A stretch of DNA of 64,000 bases from positions 32,001 to 96,000 of the forward strand of contig CAVVUS010000047.1 in NCBI GenBank assembly GCA_963751345.1, in the 5' to 3' direction. Shown in pieces: positions 1-8,895 of this stretch (position 1 is the stretch's first letter; each line of letters begins with the position of its first letter). This DNA comes from an uncultured Chloroflexia bacterium. Its GTDB lineage: Bacteria > Chloroflexota > Anaerolineae > B4-G1 > SLSP01. The notes under the pieces were generated by a model that worked only from the letters and a program-made list of their open reading frames with translations, did not search any database and had not been told where the DNA came from. The position numbers and the translations under genes were made by a program.

Positions 1-123
1 GGGCTGAGGACCTAGGCTTGAGAGTGTCTGTACCACCATGCCGACCTACAAGAGGTCGGCGTGCAGGAGCAGCCGCACTTGAGAACTCCGGATGGGCCGG
101 TGACGAACTGGTAGGAACCTAAT

Positions 124-219
124 GTGATCAAGCCCCCAAAGCTGCAGGCCGGCGACAGAGTGATGGCCGGGTCCTCCTCGTGGGGCGGGCCGGGGGCCAT
201 TCCCCACCGGTATCCTTGA
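124..219 (+). pseudogene. N-terminal remnant of an S66 family (LD-carboxypeptidase/MccF-like) peptidase
   Basis: GTG-started 31-aa ORF VIKPPKLQAGDRVMAGSSSWGGPGAIPHRYP* resembles the S66 N-terminus (IKPxxLxxGDxV...SxSWGG...PHRY), then stops. Confidence 0.55.
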
Positions 220-245
220 GAACGCTGTGGTTGAGTGAGGTGTTG

Positions 246-1817
246 ATGCAGGATTACCCCAGTATCTTCAATGACGCGATCGGCCCGGTGATGCGGGGGC
301 CATCCAGCTCCCATTGCGCGGCGGCGTTGCGCATCGGCAGGCTGGCGCGGGACCTGATGGATGGCGACCTGCGCCACGTACTGGTCGAGTTCGACCCGAC
401 GGGGTCGCTGGCGACCACCCACAAGACGCAGGGATCCGATATGGGGCTGTGTGGTGGCCTCCTGGGGTGGGATGCCACAGATGAACGGCTGGCGTCATCG
501 GTTCGGGCCATCGCGGAGGCCGGGATCGAGGTTGTCTTTCGGGTGACCGAGATCGGGGCCACCCATCCCAACACATACAGACTGACGCTCAGGAATGCCG
601 ATGAGACTCACGTTCTGACTGCCCTCTCCACCGGAGGTGGGATGATCGAGGTCATTGAGATCGACGGGGCGCGGGTGTCGATCCGGGGTGATACCTATGA
701 GACGTTGCTCTACGTGCGTGGCGACCCTGGCTCCCTGGTTCAGGCTTTGGCAACGTGGATCGAGGCGGACGCGATCTTGGGTCATGCCGGTGCGGGTGTC
801 GATTTCGTCGAGGTCAAGGCTCAGCGTTTTCTGACGGACGAGCTCTGCACACGCGCCGGCACGGCGTTCGAGATTCCCCAGATCAGGACTTTGTCGCCGG
901 TGTTGCCCGTGCTCTCGCGGCAGAATCTTCGCGTTCCCTTCATCACCTGTGATGAGATGACCGCCTACAACGATGACAAGGGCCTGCTGCTTTGGGAGCT
1001 TGCGTGCTACTACGAGAGCGCCAGAGGGAACTTGACCCACGAGCAGGTGTTGAGTCAGATGCAGGAGACGGTTCGCATCATGCGGTCCGCCATCCGGCAG
1101 GGCATTGCAGGCACGGAGTACGCGGACCGCATCCTGGGACAGCAGTCCGAGGGCTTCCGGAGAGCACTCGCGGACGGTCAGTTGTTGGACGGCGGCATCC
1201 TCAATCAGATGATTCTCTATGTGACGGCGCTGATGGAGGTCAAGAGCGCGATGGGTGTCTTCGTCGCTGCGCCGACGGCCGGCGCGTGCGGCGGGCTGCC
1301 CGGCGCTTGCCTTGGCGCCGTCGATGCGATGGGCTTAGGTGTGACGGAGGCGGCGAAGGCGATGCTGGCGGCGGGGCTGGTTGGCGTTTTCATCGCTGCC
1401 CGGGCCACCTTCGCAGCAGAGGTCGCCGGGTGCCAGGCGGAATGTGGCGCCGGATCCGCGATGGCTGCCGCCGCCCTGGTCGAGTTGGCTCAGGGTACGG
1501 CGGCGCAGGCGGTCTCCGCGGCATCGATGGCGCTTCAGAACATCCTGGGTCTGATCTGTGATCCCGTGGCTAATCGAGTCGAGGTCCCGTGCCTGGGAAG
1601 GAACGTCATGGCTGCGAGCAATGCGCTGGCCTGCGCCAACATGGCGCTGGCCGGCTACGATGCGGTCGTGCCGCTGGATGAAGTTATCGAGACGATGCTC
1701 CGGGTGGGCGAGAGCCTGCCTAGTGCGCTGCGCTGTACGGCGCTGGGCGGCCTTTCCGTCACCAAGGCCTCGCGCGAGATCGAAGCGCGACTCAATCGCG
1801 GTGCTGAAGTCCGCTAG
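246..1817 (+). CDS. sdaA: Fe-S-dependent L-serine dehydratase, single-chain beta-alpha fusion
   Basis: SIFNDAIGPVMRGPSSSH, THPNT, STGGG (beta part); AAPTAGACG, GCQAECG, GLICDP, VEVPC (alpha part, cluster Cys). ATG at 246 follows GAGG. Confidence 0.9.
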   Translation: MQDYPSIFNDAIGPVMRGPSSSHCAAALRIGRLARDLMDGDLRHVLVEFDPTGSLATTHKTQGSDMGLCGGLLGWDATDERLASSVRAIAEAGIEVVFRVTEIGATHPNTYRLTLRNADETHVLTALSTGGGMIEVIEIDGARVSIRGDTYETLLYVRGDPGSLVQALATWIEADAILGHAGAGVDFVEVKAQRFLTDELCTRAGTAFEIPQIRTLSPVLPVLSRQNLRVPFITCDEMTAYNDDKGLLLWELACYYESARGNLTHEQVLSQMQETVRIMRSAIRQGIAGTEYADRILGQQSEGFRRALADGQLLDGGILNQMILYVTALMEVKSAMGVFVAAPTAGACGGLPGACLGAVDAMGLGVTEAAKAMLAAGLVGVFIAARATFAAEVAGCQAECGAGSAMAAAALVELAQGTAAQAVSAASMALQNILGLICDPVANRVEVPCLGRNVMAASNALACANMALAGYDAVVPLDEVIETMLRVGESLPSALRCTALGGLSVTKASREIEARLNRGAEVR

Positions 1818-1901
1818 ACGCTATGCCCATGGCGCCTGCTCAGGCTGCGTGTATCTGGCGCGCCTTTTCCTGTTCTGTCCCCGGCAAATGAAGGAGACTC
1901 T

Positions 1902-2873
1902 ATGTTGTACCTCAATGACAGTGACATCCAACAAGCGCTGACGCCCGAAGACGTCCTTAGCAGTGTTGAGGAGGCGCTGCGAGTCTACGAAGCGCGGTCG
2001 TTCTCGATGCCCGAGCGTCTGGCGATGGCCACCGGTGAGGGCAACCAGCTTCTGCTGATGCCCTGCGCGGCTGAGGATCATATGGTCACCAAGCTCGTCA
2101 GCGTCTATCCTGGGAATCGCTCCCAAGGCAGGCCGGTGATCGACGGCATCGTCGTTCTATACGACCGTGCGACGGCGGAGATCCTGGCGCTGTTGGATGG
2201 GAAAGCCGTCACCGCGATGCGTACCGGGGCCGTGACCGGTATCAGCATCCGCTATCTGGCCCAGGCCGAGGCGCGGTCCGTAGGCCTGGTTGGATGTGGG
2301 GTCCAAGGCTACTATCAGCTTCTCTATGCCTGTGCGGTGCGCGACATCGTGAGGATCGTGCTCTATGACATCGAGCCCCTGGCGGTGGAGGCTCTGACTG
2401 AGCGACTGCGTGCGTCACCGGTGAAAGCCTCGATTGAGGTCGCAGACTCACCGGAAGCCCTGGCCCGTTCATCCGACATTCTGATCACGGCAACGACGGC
2501 CCGGCAGCCGGTCTTTCCCGACGATCCGGCGTTGTTCGCGGGCAAGCACTGTGTCGCCATCGGGTCGTTCGAACCGGAGGTCCGTGAGTACCCTGATGCG
2601 TTGTTCAGGCTCGTCGACAAGGTATGGGTGGACCTCGATTTCGCCAAGGAGGAGTCAGGTGAGCTGATCGTGCCGTTACGGAGCGGGCTCCTCCAGGAGG
2701 ACCAGATCGAGACGCTGGGTCACCTCATTGCCTCCGGATGCCCTCCGGCGCGCGGTCGTCACGGCACGACCTTCTCCAAGTCCGTCGGAATGGCCCTCTT
2801 CGATCTGACCACGGCCAGACGCGCCTACCTGAACGCGCTCGAGGCAGGCTTGGGCACCGAGCTCCAGGCATAG
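1902..2873 (+). CDS. Ornithine cyclodeaminase/mu-crystallin family protein
   Basis: KLVSVYPGN, TAMRTGA, VGCGVQG Rossmann motif, AIGSF, FSKSVGMALFD; AAGGAG RBS. Confidence 0.9.
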   Translation: MLYLNDSDIQQALTPEDVLSSVEEALRVYEARSFSMPERLAMATGEGNQLLLMPCAAEDHMVTKLVSVYPGNRSQGRPVIDGIVVLYDRATAEILALLDGKAVTAMRTGAVTGISIRYLAQAEARSVGLVGCGVQGYYQLLYACAVRDIVRIVLYDIEPLAVEALTERLRASPVKASIEVADSPEALARSSDILITATTARQPVFPDDPALFAGKHCVAIGSFEPEVREYPDALFRLVDKVWVDLDFAKEESGELIVPLRSGLLQEDQIETLGHLIASGCPPARGRHGTTFSKSVGMALFDLTTARRAYLNALEAGLGTELQA

Positions 2874-2888
2874 ACACCGGATGTGAGT

Positions 2889-3046
2889 GAGAGCGCGCTG
2901 CTGGGCCAGGGCGGGCTCGACTGCACCTCATCGAGCCGAAGTACACGCTCCAATCGATACCCGGTGAGGAGGTCAGCGGCCTGCACTTGATGGCGCCGAT
3001 GTACGTCGGCCTTCAGCGTCTGAACCCGGACCTCGAGTCGTCTTGA
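2889..3046 (+). pseudogene. Frameshifted remnant resembling the C-terminal region of an uncharacterised TPR-protein family
   Basis: ESALLGQGGLDCTS then, after a -1 shift near 2932, [35 protein letters not shown]; family recognised from memory only. Confidence 0.35.
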
Positions 3047-3131
3047 CTTCGGTCCCTGGGAGCAGGTCTTCTACGGTGAGTTCGACGGTCGGCGGCGCAA
3101 GCGCGTGCTGGTCAAGATCATCGGCGAGTAG
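3039..3131 (+). pseudogene. yjbQ: 3'-terminal fragment of a second yjbQ copy (direct repeat of 8416..8508)
   Basis: Encodes [30 protein letters not shown]; 80/93 nt identical to 8416..8508; in-frame TGA upstream at 3021. Confidence 0.9.
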
Positions 3132-3243
3132 GCCCCTATCTGGCCCTGGGAAACATCGCACAACTCTGCAGCCTCGACGAAATCCTTGAGCCCGCCGCCA
3201 GAAACGTTGAAAGGTCTAGGTACATATGTCACTCCATACAGAC

Positions 3244-6200
3244 CTATGTTGCCAGCGGGAGCACACGCGTCCCCAGCACGCTCATCGCAGCGCCGTCGCG
3301 GCGGACCTCGCCCTCGACGATGACGAAGCGCGACATCGCGGCACGGCGATAGGTCTGAATCACCTCAGGGTAGAGCATTACGTTGACGATGCCGCTCTCG
3401 TCCTCCACGGCAAGAAAGGCGATGCCATTGGCGGTGGGCGGCTGCTGACGCGCGACCACGACGCCGCCAATACGGACGCGGGTCCCGTCGGGCCAGCGTG
3501 TGAGCTCGATCGAGGGCGTCGTCCCCATCTGATGCAACTGGCGGGCGACCAGGCTGGTGATGTGTGAGTCCGAAGTGGCGCCGGTATAAGCCTGCTCCGT
3601 CCAGAGCCGTTCGTGACGGGGGAGCGCGGCAAAGACCGGCTCGTGGCGTGGCTGTAACCCCAACGCCGGCGCAGCCTTGGCGGCATCCAGTGCTGCCTGG
3701 AGCTCCCACAGGAGCTGCCGACGCGGTCGCTGCCAGCGGTCGAACGCTCCGGCCATGATGAGCGCCTCAGTAGCGCGACGGCCCAGCCGGGTGCGTTGGC
3801 AGAAATCTACCAGGGACTCAAAGGGGCGCTGTCTGCGGGCCTCGACGATCGTAGTACCTGCCTCTGCCCCCAGCCCGCGCACCATCTCCAACCCCAGTCG
3901 AATCGCGCCATTGGGTGTAGACGACTCCGATGAAGTGGCGATGCCGCTTGCCAAGGCCCACTCTCTGCGACCTGTGGGTCTGTCCGTCTCCACCGTCGCG
4001 CCGACGTCGGAGGTGTGGAGGTCCACGCTGCGGATTTCCACCCCGTGGCGACGTGCCTCCGAGACGATGACGTGGGCCGGGTAGAAGCCCATCGGTTGGT
4101 GGCGCAGTAACGCAGCATAGAAAGCGACGGGATGATAGCGCCGCAACCACGCCGATTGATAGGTGAGCACCGCAAAGGCGGCGGCGTGACTCTTGGCAAA
4201 CGAGTAACCACCGAATGCCTGTAACTGCGCGAATACCTTCTCGATCACCGGTTCGGGGATCTTCAGGGCACGCGCGCCCTCGAAGAAGCGATCTTTGAAG
4301 GCCAGGATCGCCTCTTCTCCCCGTTTGTCGCCCAGCGCCCGGCGGAGTTGGTCACCTTCCCCCGGCGTGAACCCCGCTACATCCCGTGCCACCTTGAGCA
4401 CCTGCTCCTGGAAGACGATGACGCCCAAAGTCTCCGCCAGTGCCGGCTTGAGCCGGGGATGAAGATAGCGCACCGGCTCCAGCCCCTGGCGACGGCGTAG
4501 GTAGGGGCGCACCATGTGCCCCTGCAGCGGCCCCGGACGAATCAGGGCGATTTGAATCGTCAGGTCGGCAAAGGAGGTCGGCTTGAAGTTGGGGATCAGG
4601 CTGGCCTGAGCGCGGCTCTCCACCTGGAAGACGCCGACGGTCTCTCCCCGGCAGAGCATCGCATAGACCTCGGGATCGTCAGGTGTGAGAGCGTCCAGAT
4701 CGGGACGTGTGCCGGTCAGCTTCTCCGCGATGGTCACCGCATCCTCAATGGCGGAGAGCATCCGTAGTCCCAGGATATCCACTTTGATAACCCCCGCCTC
4801 CTCCAGGGCGTCCTTGTCCCACTGTACGACGGTCCGATCGGGCATGGTGGCGGGCTCCAGCGGAATCAACGTGGCGAGCGGCGCCCCCGAGAGGATCATG
4901 CCGCCGTTGTGGATCCCCAGATGCCGCGGGATGCCTTCCAGTTGCGGCGCCAGCCGCAGGAGGTGCTGGAAGGGTGCCGTGCTCAGATCCGCGCCAAAAG
5001 CGCTGACCATTCCCTCGGCCTCGCGCACGCTGTGATTGTCGCGCACGTCCAGCACGTCCGAGAGTCGCTCGATCAGCGCCGGGGGAAAACCCAGCGCGCG
5101 GGCGGTGTCCCGCACGGCCGACTTTGTCCTGAACGTGACCAACGTGCAGGCCATCGCGGCGTGATCGCGCCCGTAGCGCTCATAGACGTATTGGATCACT
5201 TCTTCGCGCCGGTCGGCGGCGAAGTCGATGTCAATGTCGGGGGGGCTCGGGCGTTCGGTGGACAGAAAGCGCTCGAAGACGAGGTCGATGGAGACAGGGT
5301 CGATGGGCGAGATGTTGAGCAGGTAGGCGACCAGCGAGTTGGCGGCGCTGCCCCGTCCCTGGCAGCGGATGCCTTGCGTCCGCGAGAAGTGGACGATGTC
5401 GGCGACGATGAGGAAGTAGTTGGCCAGGTCGAGTTGCCGGATGACCCCGAGTTCCTTTTCCAGCAGGGCGTACGGAGGATGAGTGGGGTATCGCACCCGC
5501 AGTGCCTGCTCGCAGAGGCGACGCAGATAGACATCCGGCGGGCTGCTGTCAGGCGTCTCGAAGGCCGGCAGGATCTGGTGCCCGCCCGGCAGGAAGGTCG
5601 CCGCCGAGGCGCAGCGTGCGGCGATGCGGGCTGTGTTGGCGATCGCCTCGGGGATGTTGGAGAAGAGCTCTGTCATGACCTCGGGCGTGCGAAGGTGATA
5701 CTCATCATTGGGACGCAGTAGGTCGCCCGCTTGGTCCAACGAAGTGTGCATCCTAATACATGTCAGGACGTCGTGGATTTCCCGCTGCTCCGGCTCCAGG
5801 TAGTGGACGTCTCCTGTAGCCACAACGTTTAGCCCCAGGTGTATCGCCAGCGCGTGTAGATCACGCATCAAGTGAGTTTCGCCCGGGTGGTAGTGGCGCT
5901 GGAGTTCGATGAAGAAGTGCTCGCGGCCGAAGACCTCCGCGAGATGTTGGGCGGCAGCCAGGGCTTGCCTGGGATCCCCGGCAAGGAGCCCCTGGGCCAC
6001 GGGGCCGTGGCGGCAGCCTGAGAGGGCGATCAAGCCTGCGGCGTGGTCTTGAAGCAAGTGTGGGTCGAGCAGAGCGGTGCCTTTGGGCTGATCTTGGTGC
6101 GCCAGCGTGATCAGGCGCGCGAGGTTGGCGTATCCGTCGGCGGTCTCGGCCAGTAGCGTGAGGTGCGTCTCCGTCTGAGATGCGGACGCCGTCTGAGGCG

Positions 6201-6441
6201 CGGACGCCGTCTGAGGCGCTTCGCCCAGCGTGACCTCCGCGCCCAGGATTGGCTTGATGCCGGCTTCCTCCGCTGCGCGGATAAAGCGCACCGCACCGTA
6301 AAGCCCATCGTGGTCGGTCAGGGCCAGGGCGGGCATCCCGTAGGCGGCGGCGCGCGCCACGAGCTCCTCCGGAAAGGCGACGCCGTCGAGAAGGCTGTGG
6401 CTGGAGTGGGTATGGAGCTCAACGTAGCCGCCGGAAGTCAT
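3244..6441 (-). CDS. dnaE2: Error-prone DNA polymerase III alpha subunit DnaE2 (ImuC)
   Basis: PHP domain (ELHTHSSHSLLDG, ALTDHDG), GRGSAANS, PDIDIDF, PRHLGIHNGG, VVQWDKD, KVDILGL, QPMGFY, OB-fold QQPPTANG; ATGA overlap with imuB. Confidence 0.95.
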   Translation of the reverse strand: MTSGGYVELHTHSSHSLLDGVAFPEELVARAAAYGMPALALTDHDGLYGAVRFIRAAEEAGIKPILGAEVTLGEAPQTASAPQTASASQTETHLTLLAETADGYANLARLITLAHQDQPKGTALLDPHLLQDHAAGLIALSGCRHGPVAQGLLAGDPRQALAAAQHLAEVFGREHFFIELQRHYHPGETHLMRDLHALAIHLGLNVVATGDVHYLEPEQREIHDVLTCIRMHTSLDQAGDLLRPNDEYHLRTPEVMTELFSNIPEAIANTARIAARCASAATFLPGGHQILPAFETPDSSPPDVYLRRLCEQALRVRYPTHPPYALLEKELGVIRQLDLANYFLIVADIVHFSRTQGIRCQGRGSAANSLVAYLLNISPIDPVSIDLVFERFLSTERPSPPDIDIDFAADRREEVIQYVYERYGRDHAAMACTLVTFRTKSAVRDTARALGFPPALIERLSDVLDVRDNHSVREAEGMVSAFGADLSTAPFQHLLRLAPQLEGIPRHLGIHNGGMILSGAPLATLIPLEPATMPDRTVVQWDKDALEEAGVIKVDILGLRMLSAIEDAVTIAEKLTGTRPDLDALTPDDPEVYAMLCRGETVGVFQVESRAQASLIPNFKPTSFADLTIQIALIRPGPLQGHMVRPYLRRRQGLEPVRYLHPRLKPALAETLGVIVFQEQVLKVARDVAGFTPGEGDQLRRALGDKRGEEAILAFKDRFFEGARALKIPEPVIEKVFAQLQAFGGYSFAKSHAAAFAVLTYQSAWLRRYHPVAFYAALLRHQPMGFYPAHVIVSEARRHGVEIRSVDLHTSDVGATVETDRPTGRREWALASGIATSSESSTPNGAIRLGLEMVRGLGAEAGTTIVEARRQRPFESLVDFCQRTRLGRRATEALIMAGAFDRWQRPRRQLLWELQAALDAAKAAPALGLQPRHEPVFAALPRHERLWTEQAYTGATSDSHITSLVARQLHQMGTTPSIELTRWPDGTRVRIGGVVVARQQPPTANGIAFLAVEDESGIVNVMLYPEVIQTYRRAAMSRFVIVEGEVRRDGAAMSVLGTRVLPLAT
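6171..6219. repeat. In-frame 18-bp tandem repeat (~2.7 units) inside dnaE2
   Basis: CCGTCTGAG(A/G)(T/C)GCGGACG units, encoding APQTAS-APQTAS-ASQT. Confidence 0.85.
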
Positions 6442-7835
6442 ACCAGCCTCCGCCGGTCCAGCCACCAGGTCGCGGCGCGGAGGTCTTGGTAGATCAGGCG
6501 AACCTGTCCGCTGCTGTCCTCCAGCCGGTAGTAGTCACGCTCGATCGGACGCGACCACCAGAAGCGTCGCTCACGCCAGTGCTCGTAGAGCCGGCGGATC
6601 CGATAGGTGCGGCCATCCCAGATGAAAGCGATGGGGACATCCTCCTTGCTTAGGGTGACCTGGATCGGGCGTGGCTCGGGCGGGTGGATCAACGAGGCGA
6701 CCATCACGACGAACTCGCCAAAGCGCACCCGCAGCCGGCGCAGCGCTTCCTGTAGGCCGCGCCAGCGTTGGTCGCGCGCGGCGGAGAAGAGCATCAATTG
6801 TGAGGCGCCCAGGTAGGCCGGGCGCAGGGGATAGACGACGACCTCCAGAGTCTCCGCGGGGCGTTCCAGGCGGATGCGGTTGACCAGGAACTGGATGCGC
6901 CGCGCGAGCCGTCCCTTCTCGGAGGTGGGCGGTTCGACAGAGGTGGTCGTCGTATGGGGGACTTCGGCCGCGTCGATGATCTCGATACGCAGCCCCTGGG
7001 CCTGGTAGCCTTGGCGATGTAGCGTCTCCGCCAGCGCGGCAGCCATCCGCTGGGCCGCAGCAAGCAGGGTTCGTTGATCTACGGTGGGGGGCTCGAACGT
7101 GGTCTGGTGGTGCAGTTCGAGGGGTGGGGCATCGGGCTCAACGGGACGGGGATCGGCCCCGGCGGCAAGGTCGTGGAGAAACCCCGCCTGGACTCCGAAC
7201 TGGCGGATCAAGGCCATCCGCGGCAGGGCAGCCAATTCCCCCAGGGTGCGGATGCCCAACAGATCCAGCCGCCGGAGGATCTCGGTTTCGGCGGGCAGGA
7301 CGGTCAGCGACAGTGAGGAGAGGAAGCTTCGTCCGCGCCGCGGCGGTACCACCACCGCCTGGTTGGATCGGGCGGCCAGTGCCGCCTGTTCAGCGGTGAA
7401 GCGCTCTTCGGCCAGTCCCACCTGCAGGTCGAGGTCTGCCGCCTCGCGGAGGGTTTCGACGATGCCCTGCGCGAGCGCGTTGTCCTCGGGGAAACGGCGG
7501 GTGAGTTGACCGACCTCGATGAAGAAGGACCCCAGCCCCGCCGTCTCCACGCGGTCGGTGAACTGGCGCAGTGCCGCGAGGAGTTCCTGCTGGGCATCCT
7601 GATAGGCCGCGTGATCGGCGGGGAGGAAGTCGGCCTCGGGGCAGCGCAGGGCGGCGCGAGCCAGGGGCATGCCCGGTATGATGCCGGCAGCCTCGGCCAC
7701 GGGGCAGCAGTCCAGGACCACCGAAGGATCCCAGGGCCGCCCCCCGATCACCAGGCCCTTGGCCCCGACGGTGCCGCGCTTCCGACGTTCCACCTGTACC
7801 GGCAGGTGAGGTACAAAAAGATAGACGATCTTCAT
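6438..7835 (-). CDS. imuB: ImuB-like inactive Y-family polymerase with C-terminal DUF6504-like domain
   Basis: Y-family fold (LGIRTLGELA) without the catalytic DxD/DE residues; clamp-binding-like QLMLF; C-terminal W...WW...RDYYRL motif; coupled to dnaE2. Confidence 0.88.
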   Translation of the reverse strand: MKIVYLFVPHLPVQVERRKRGTVGAKGLVIGGRPWDPSVVLDCCPVAEAAGIIPGMPLARAALRCPEADFLPADHAAYQDAQQELLAALRQFTDRVETAGLGSFFIEVGQLTRRFPEDNALAQGIVETLREAADLDLQVGLAEERFTAEQAALAARSNQAVVVPPRRGRSFLSSLSLTVLPAETEILRRLDLLGIRTLGELAALPRMALIRQFGVQAGFLHDLAAGADPRPVEPDAPPLELHHQTTFEPPTVDQRTLLAAAQRMAAALAETLHRQGYQAQGLRIEIIDAAEVPHTTTTSVEPPTSEKGRLARRIQFLVNRIRLERPAETLEVVVYPLRPAYLGASQLMLFSAARDQRWRGLQEALRRLRVRFGEFVVMVASLIHPPEPRPIQVTLSKEDVPIAFIWDGRTYRIRRLYEHWRERRFWWSRPIERDYYRLEDSSGQVRLIYQDLRAATWWLDRRRLV

Positions 7836-7836
7836 G

Positions 7837-7854
7837 ATAGAACCTATGTTCTAT
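7837..7854 (-). promoter_or_regulatory. LexA (SOS) box, GAAC-N4-GTTC type
   Basis: Palindrome ATAGAAC-ctat-GTTCTAT immediately upstream of the imuB ATG. Confidence 0.9.
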
Positions 7855-7858
7855 TTCC

Positions 7859-7887
7859 ATACTAGCCTATCATTTCTCGCCAATCAA
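7859..7887 (-). promoter_or_regulatory. Sigma70-type promoter for imuB-dnaE2
   Basis: Minus strand TTGATT-17 nt-TAGTAT, just upstream of the LexA box. Confidence 0.55.
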
Positions 7888-7937
7888 GTACCCAGCATAG
7901 AATTGGCGCATTTCATGGTGGGATCAATGGCACCTTT

Positions 7938-7966
7938 TTGACGATGCATCGACAGTAGCGCATAAT
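7938..7966 (+). promoter_or_regulatory. Sigma70-type promoter for yjbQ
   Basis: TTGACG-17 nt-CATAAT. Confidence 0.6.
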
Positions 7967-8088
7967 CGAAGCCATCAGACCAACCTGACGCGAGGTGTGG
8001 CAGCTGCTCAGGCTGTCGACTCGCAATGTATGGCACTCACCGAAGTGGCAGTCTGTCTCGGCAAGATCACAGAATGAGGAGGACTCAG

Positions 8089-8508
8089 TTGAAAAGCTAC
8101 CGCAAAGAACTCTGGTTCAACATCCCCACACGGCGGGCATTTGTCAACATCACGTCAGACGTCGAGGTTTGCTTGCGCGATAGCGGCGTGCAGGAGGGAT
8201 TGGCACTCGTCAACTCGATGCATATTACCAGTAGCGTCTTCATCAACGACGATGAACCCGGCTTGCATCAGGACTACGAGGACTGGTTGGAGGAACTGGC
8301 CCCGCACGAACCACTCAGCGCCTACCGGCACAACCGCACCGGTGAGGATAACGGCGACGCCCACCTCAAACGCCAGATCATGGGCCGCGAGGTCGTCGTC
8401 GCTATCACCAATGGGCGGTTGGACTTCGGCCCTTGGGAGCAGATCTTCTACGGGGAGTTCGACGGGCGGCGGCGAAAGCGGGTGTTGGTGAAGATCATCG
8501 GGGAGTAG
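8089..8508 (+). CDS. yjbQ: YjbQ/UPF0047 family protein (secondary thiamine-phosphate synthase)
   Basis: [40 protein letters not shown]; TTG start after GAGGAGG. Confidence 0.92.
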   Translation: MKSYRKELWFNIPTRRAFVNITSDVEVCLRDSGVQEGLALVNSMHITSSVFINDDEPGLHQDYEDWLEELAPHEPLSAYRHNRTGEDNGDAHLKRQIMGREVVVAITNGRLDFGPWEQIFYGEFDGRRRKRVLVKIIGE

Positions 8509-8544
8509 GCGCGTTCAGAGCAAGCTCACGCAGCAGGAAAGGAG

Positions 8545-8895
8545 ATGGCCATGGGAAATGAAGACGAAGCACATGAGATGAAGGGCGTTGCAGTGGAGCT
8601 GCTGGCATCGCTTGACCTTGGCCCTGAAATCCAGGGCATGGCAGGGCGCCAACTGCGGATGCGCATGGTGACCATCGAACCCGGCGGCGTCTTCGGCCCG
8701 CTTCACGACCACAGAGACAGGCCGGGCATGGTCTACATCCTGCAAGGAACGATCACGGATCATCGAGATGGCGTGACTAAGGAGTATGGGCCGGGAGCGG
8801 GCTGGCCCGAGGATAGGAACACCACGCACTGGCTTGAGAACAGGGGAACGACGCCGGCGGTGGAGATCTCTGTCGATATCGTCAAGCAACCATGA
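8545..8895 (+). CDS. Cupin domain protein
   Basis: TIEPGG..PLHDH...VYILQG...HWLENRG cupin motifs; AAGGAG RBS. Confidence 0.88.
   Translation: MAMGNEDEAHEMKGVAVELLASLDLGPEIQGMAGRQLRMRMVTIEPGGVFGPLHDHRDRPGMVYILQGTITDHRDGVTKEYGPGAGWPEDRNTTHWLENRGTTPAVEISVDIVKQP

Noticed and set aside
38-62. Hairpin ATGCCGACCT-acaag-AGGTCGGCGT at the window start
   Set aside because: Single copy with its upstream context outside the window; a terminator cannot be distinguished from a REP.
3039-8508. Prophage/ICE with attL/attR in yjbQ
   Set aside because: No integrase or phage genes, and the 3' fragment lies upstream of the intact gene, unlike classic site-specific integration; kept only as a homology-module hypothesis.
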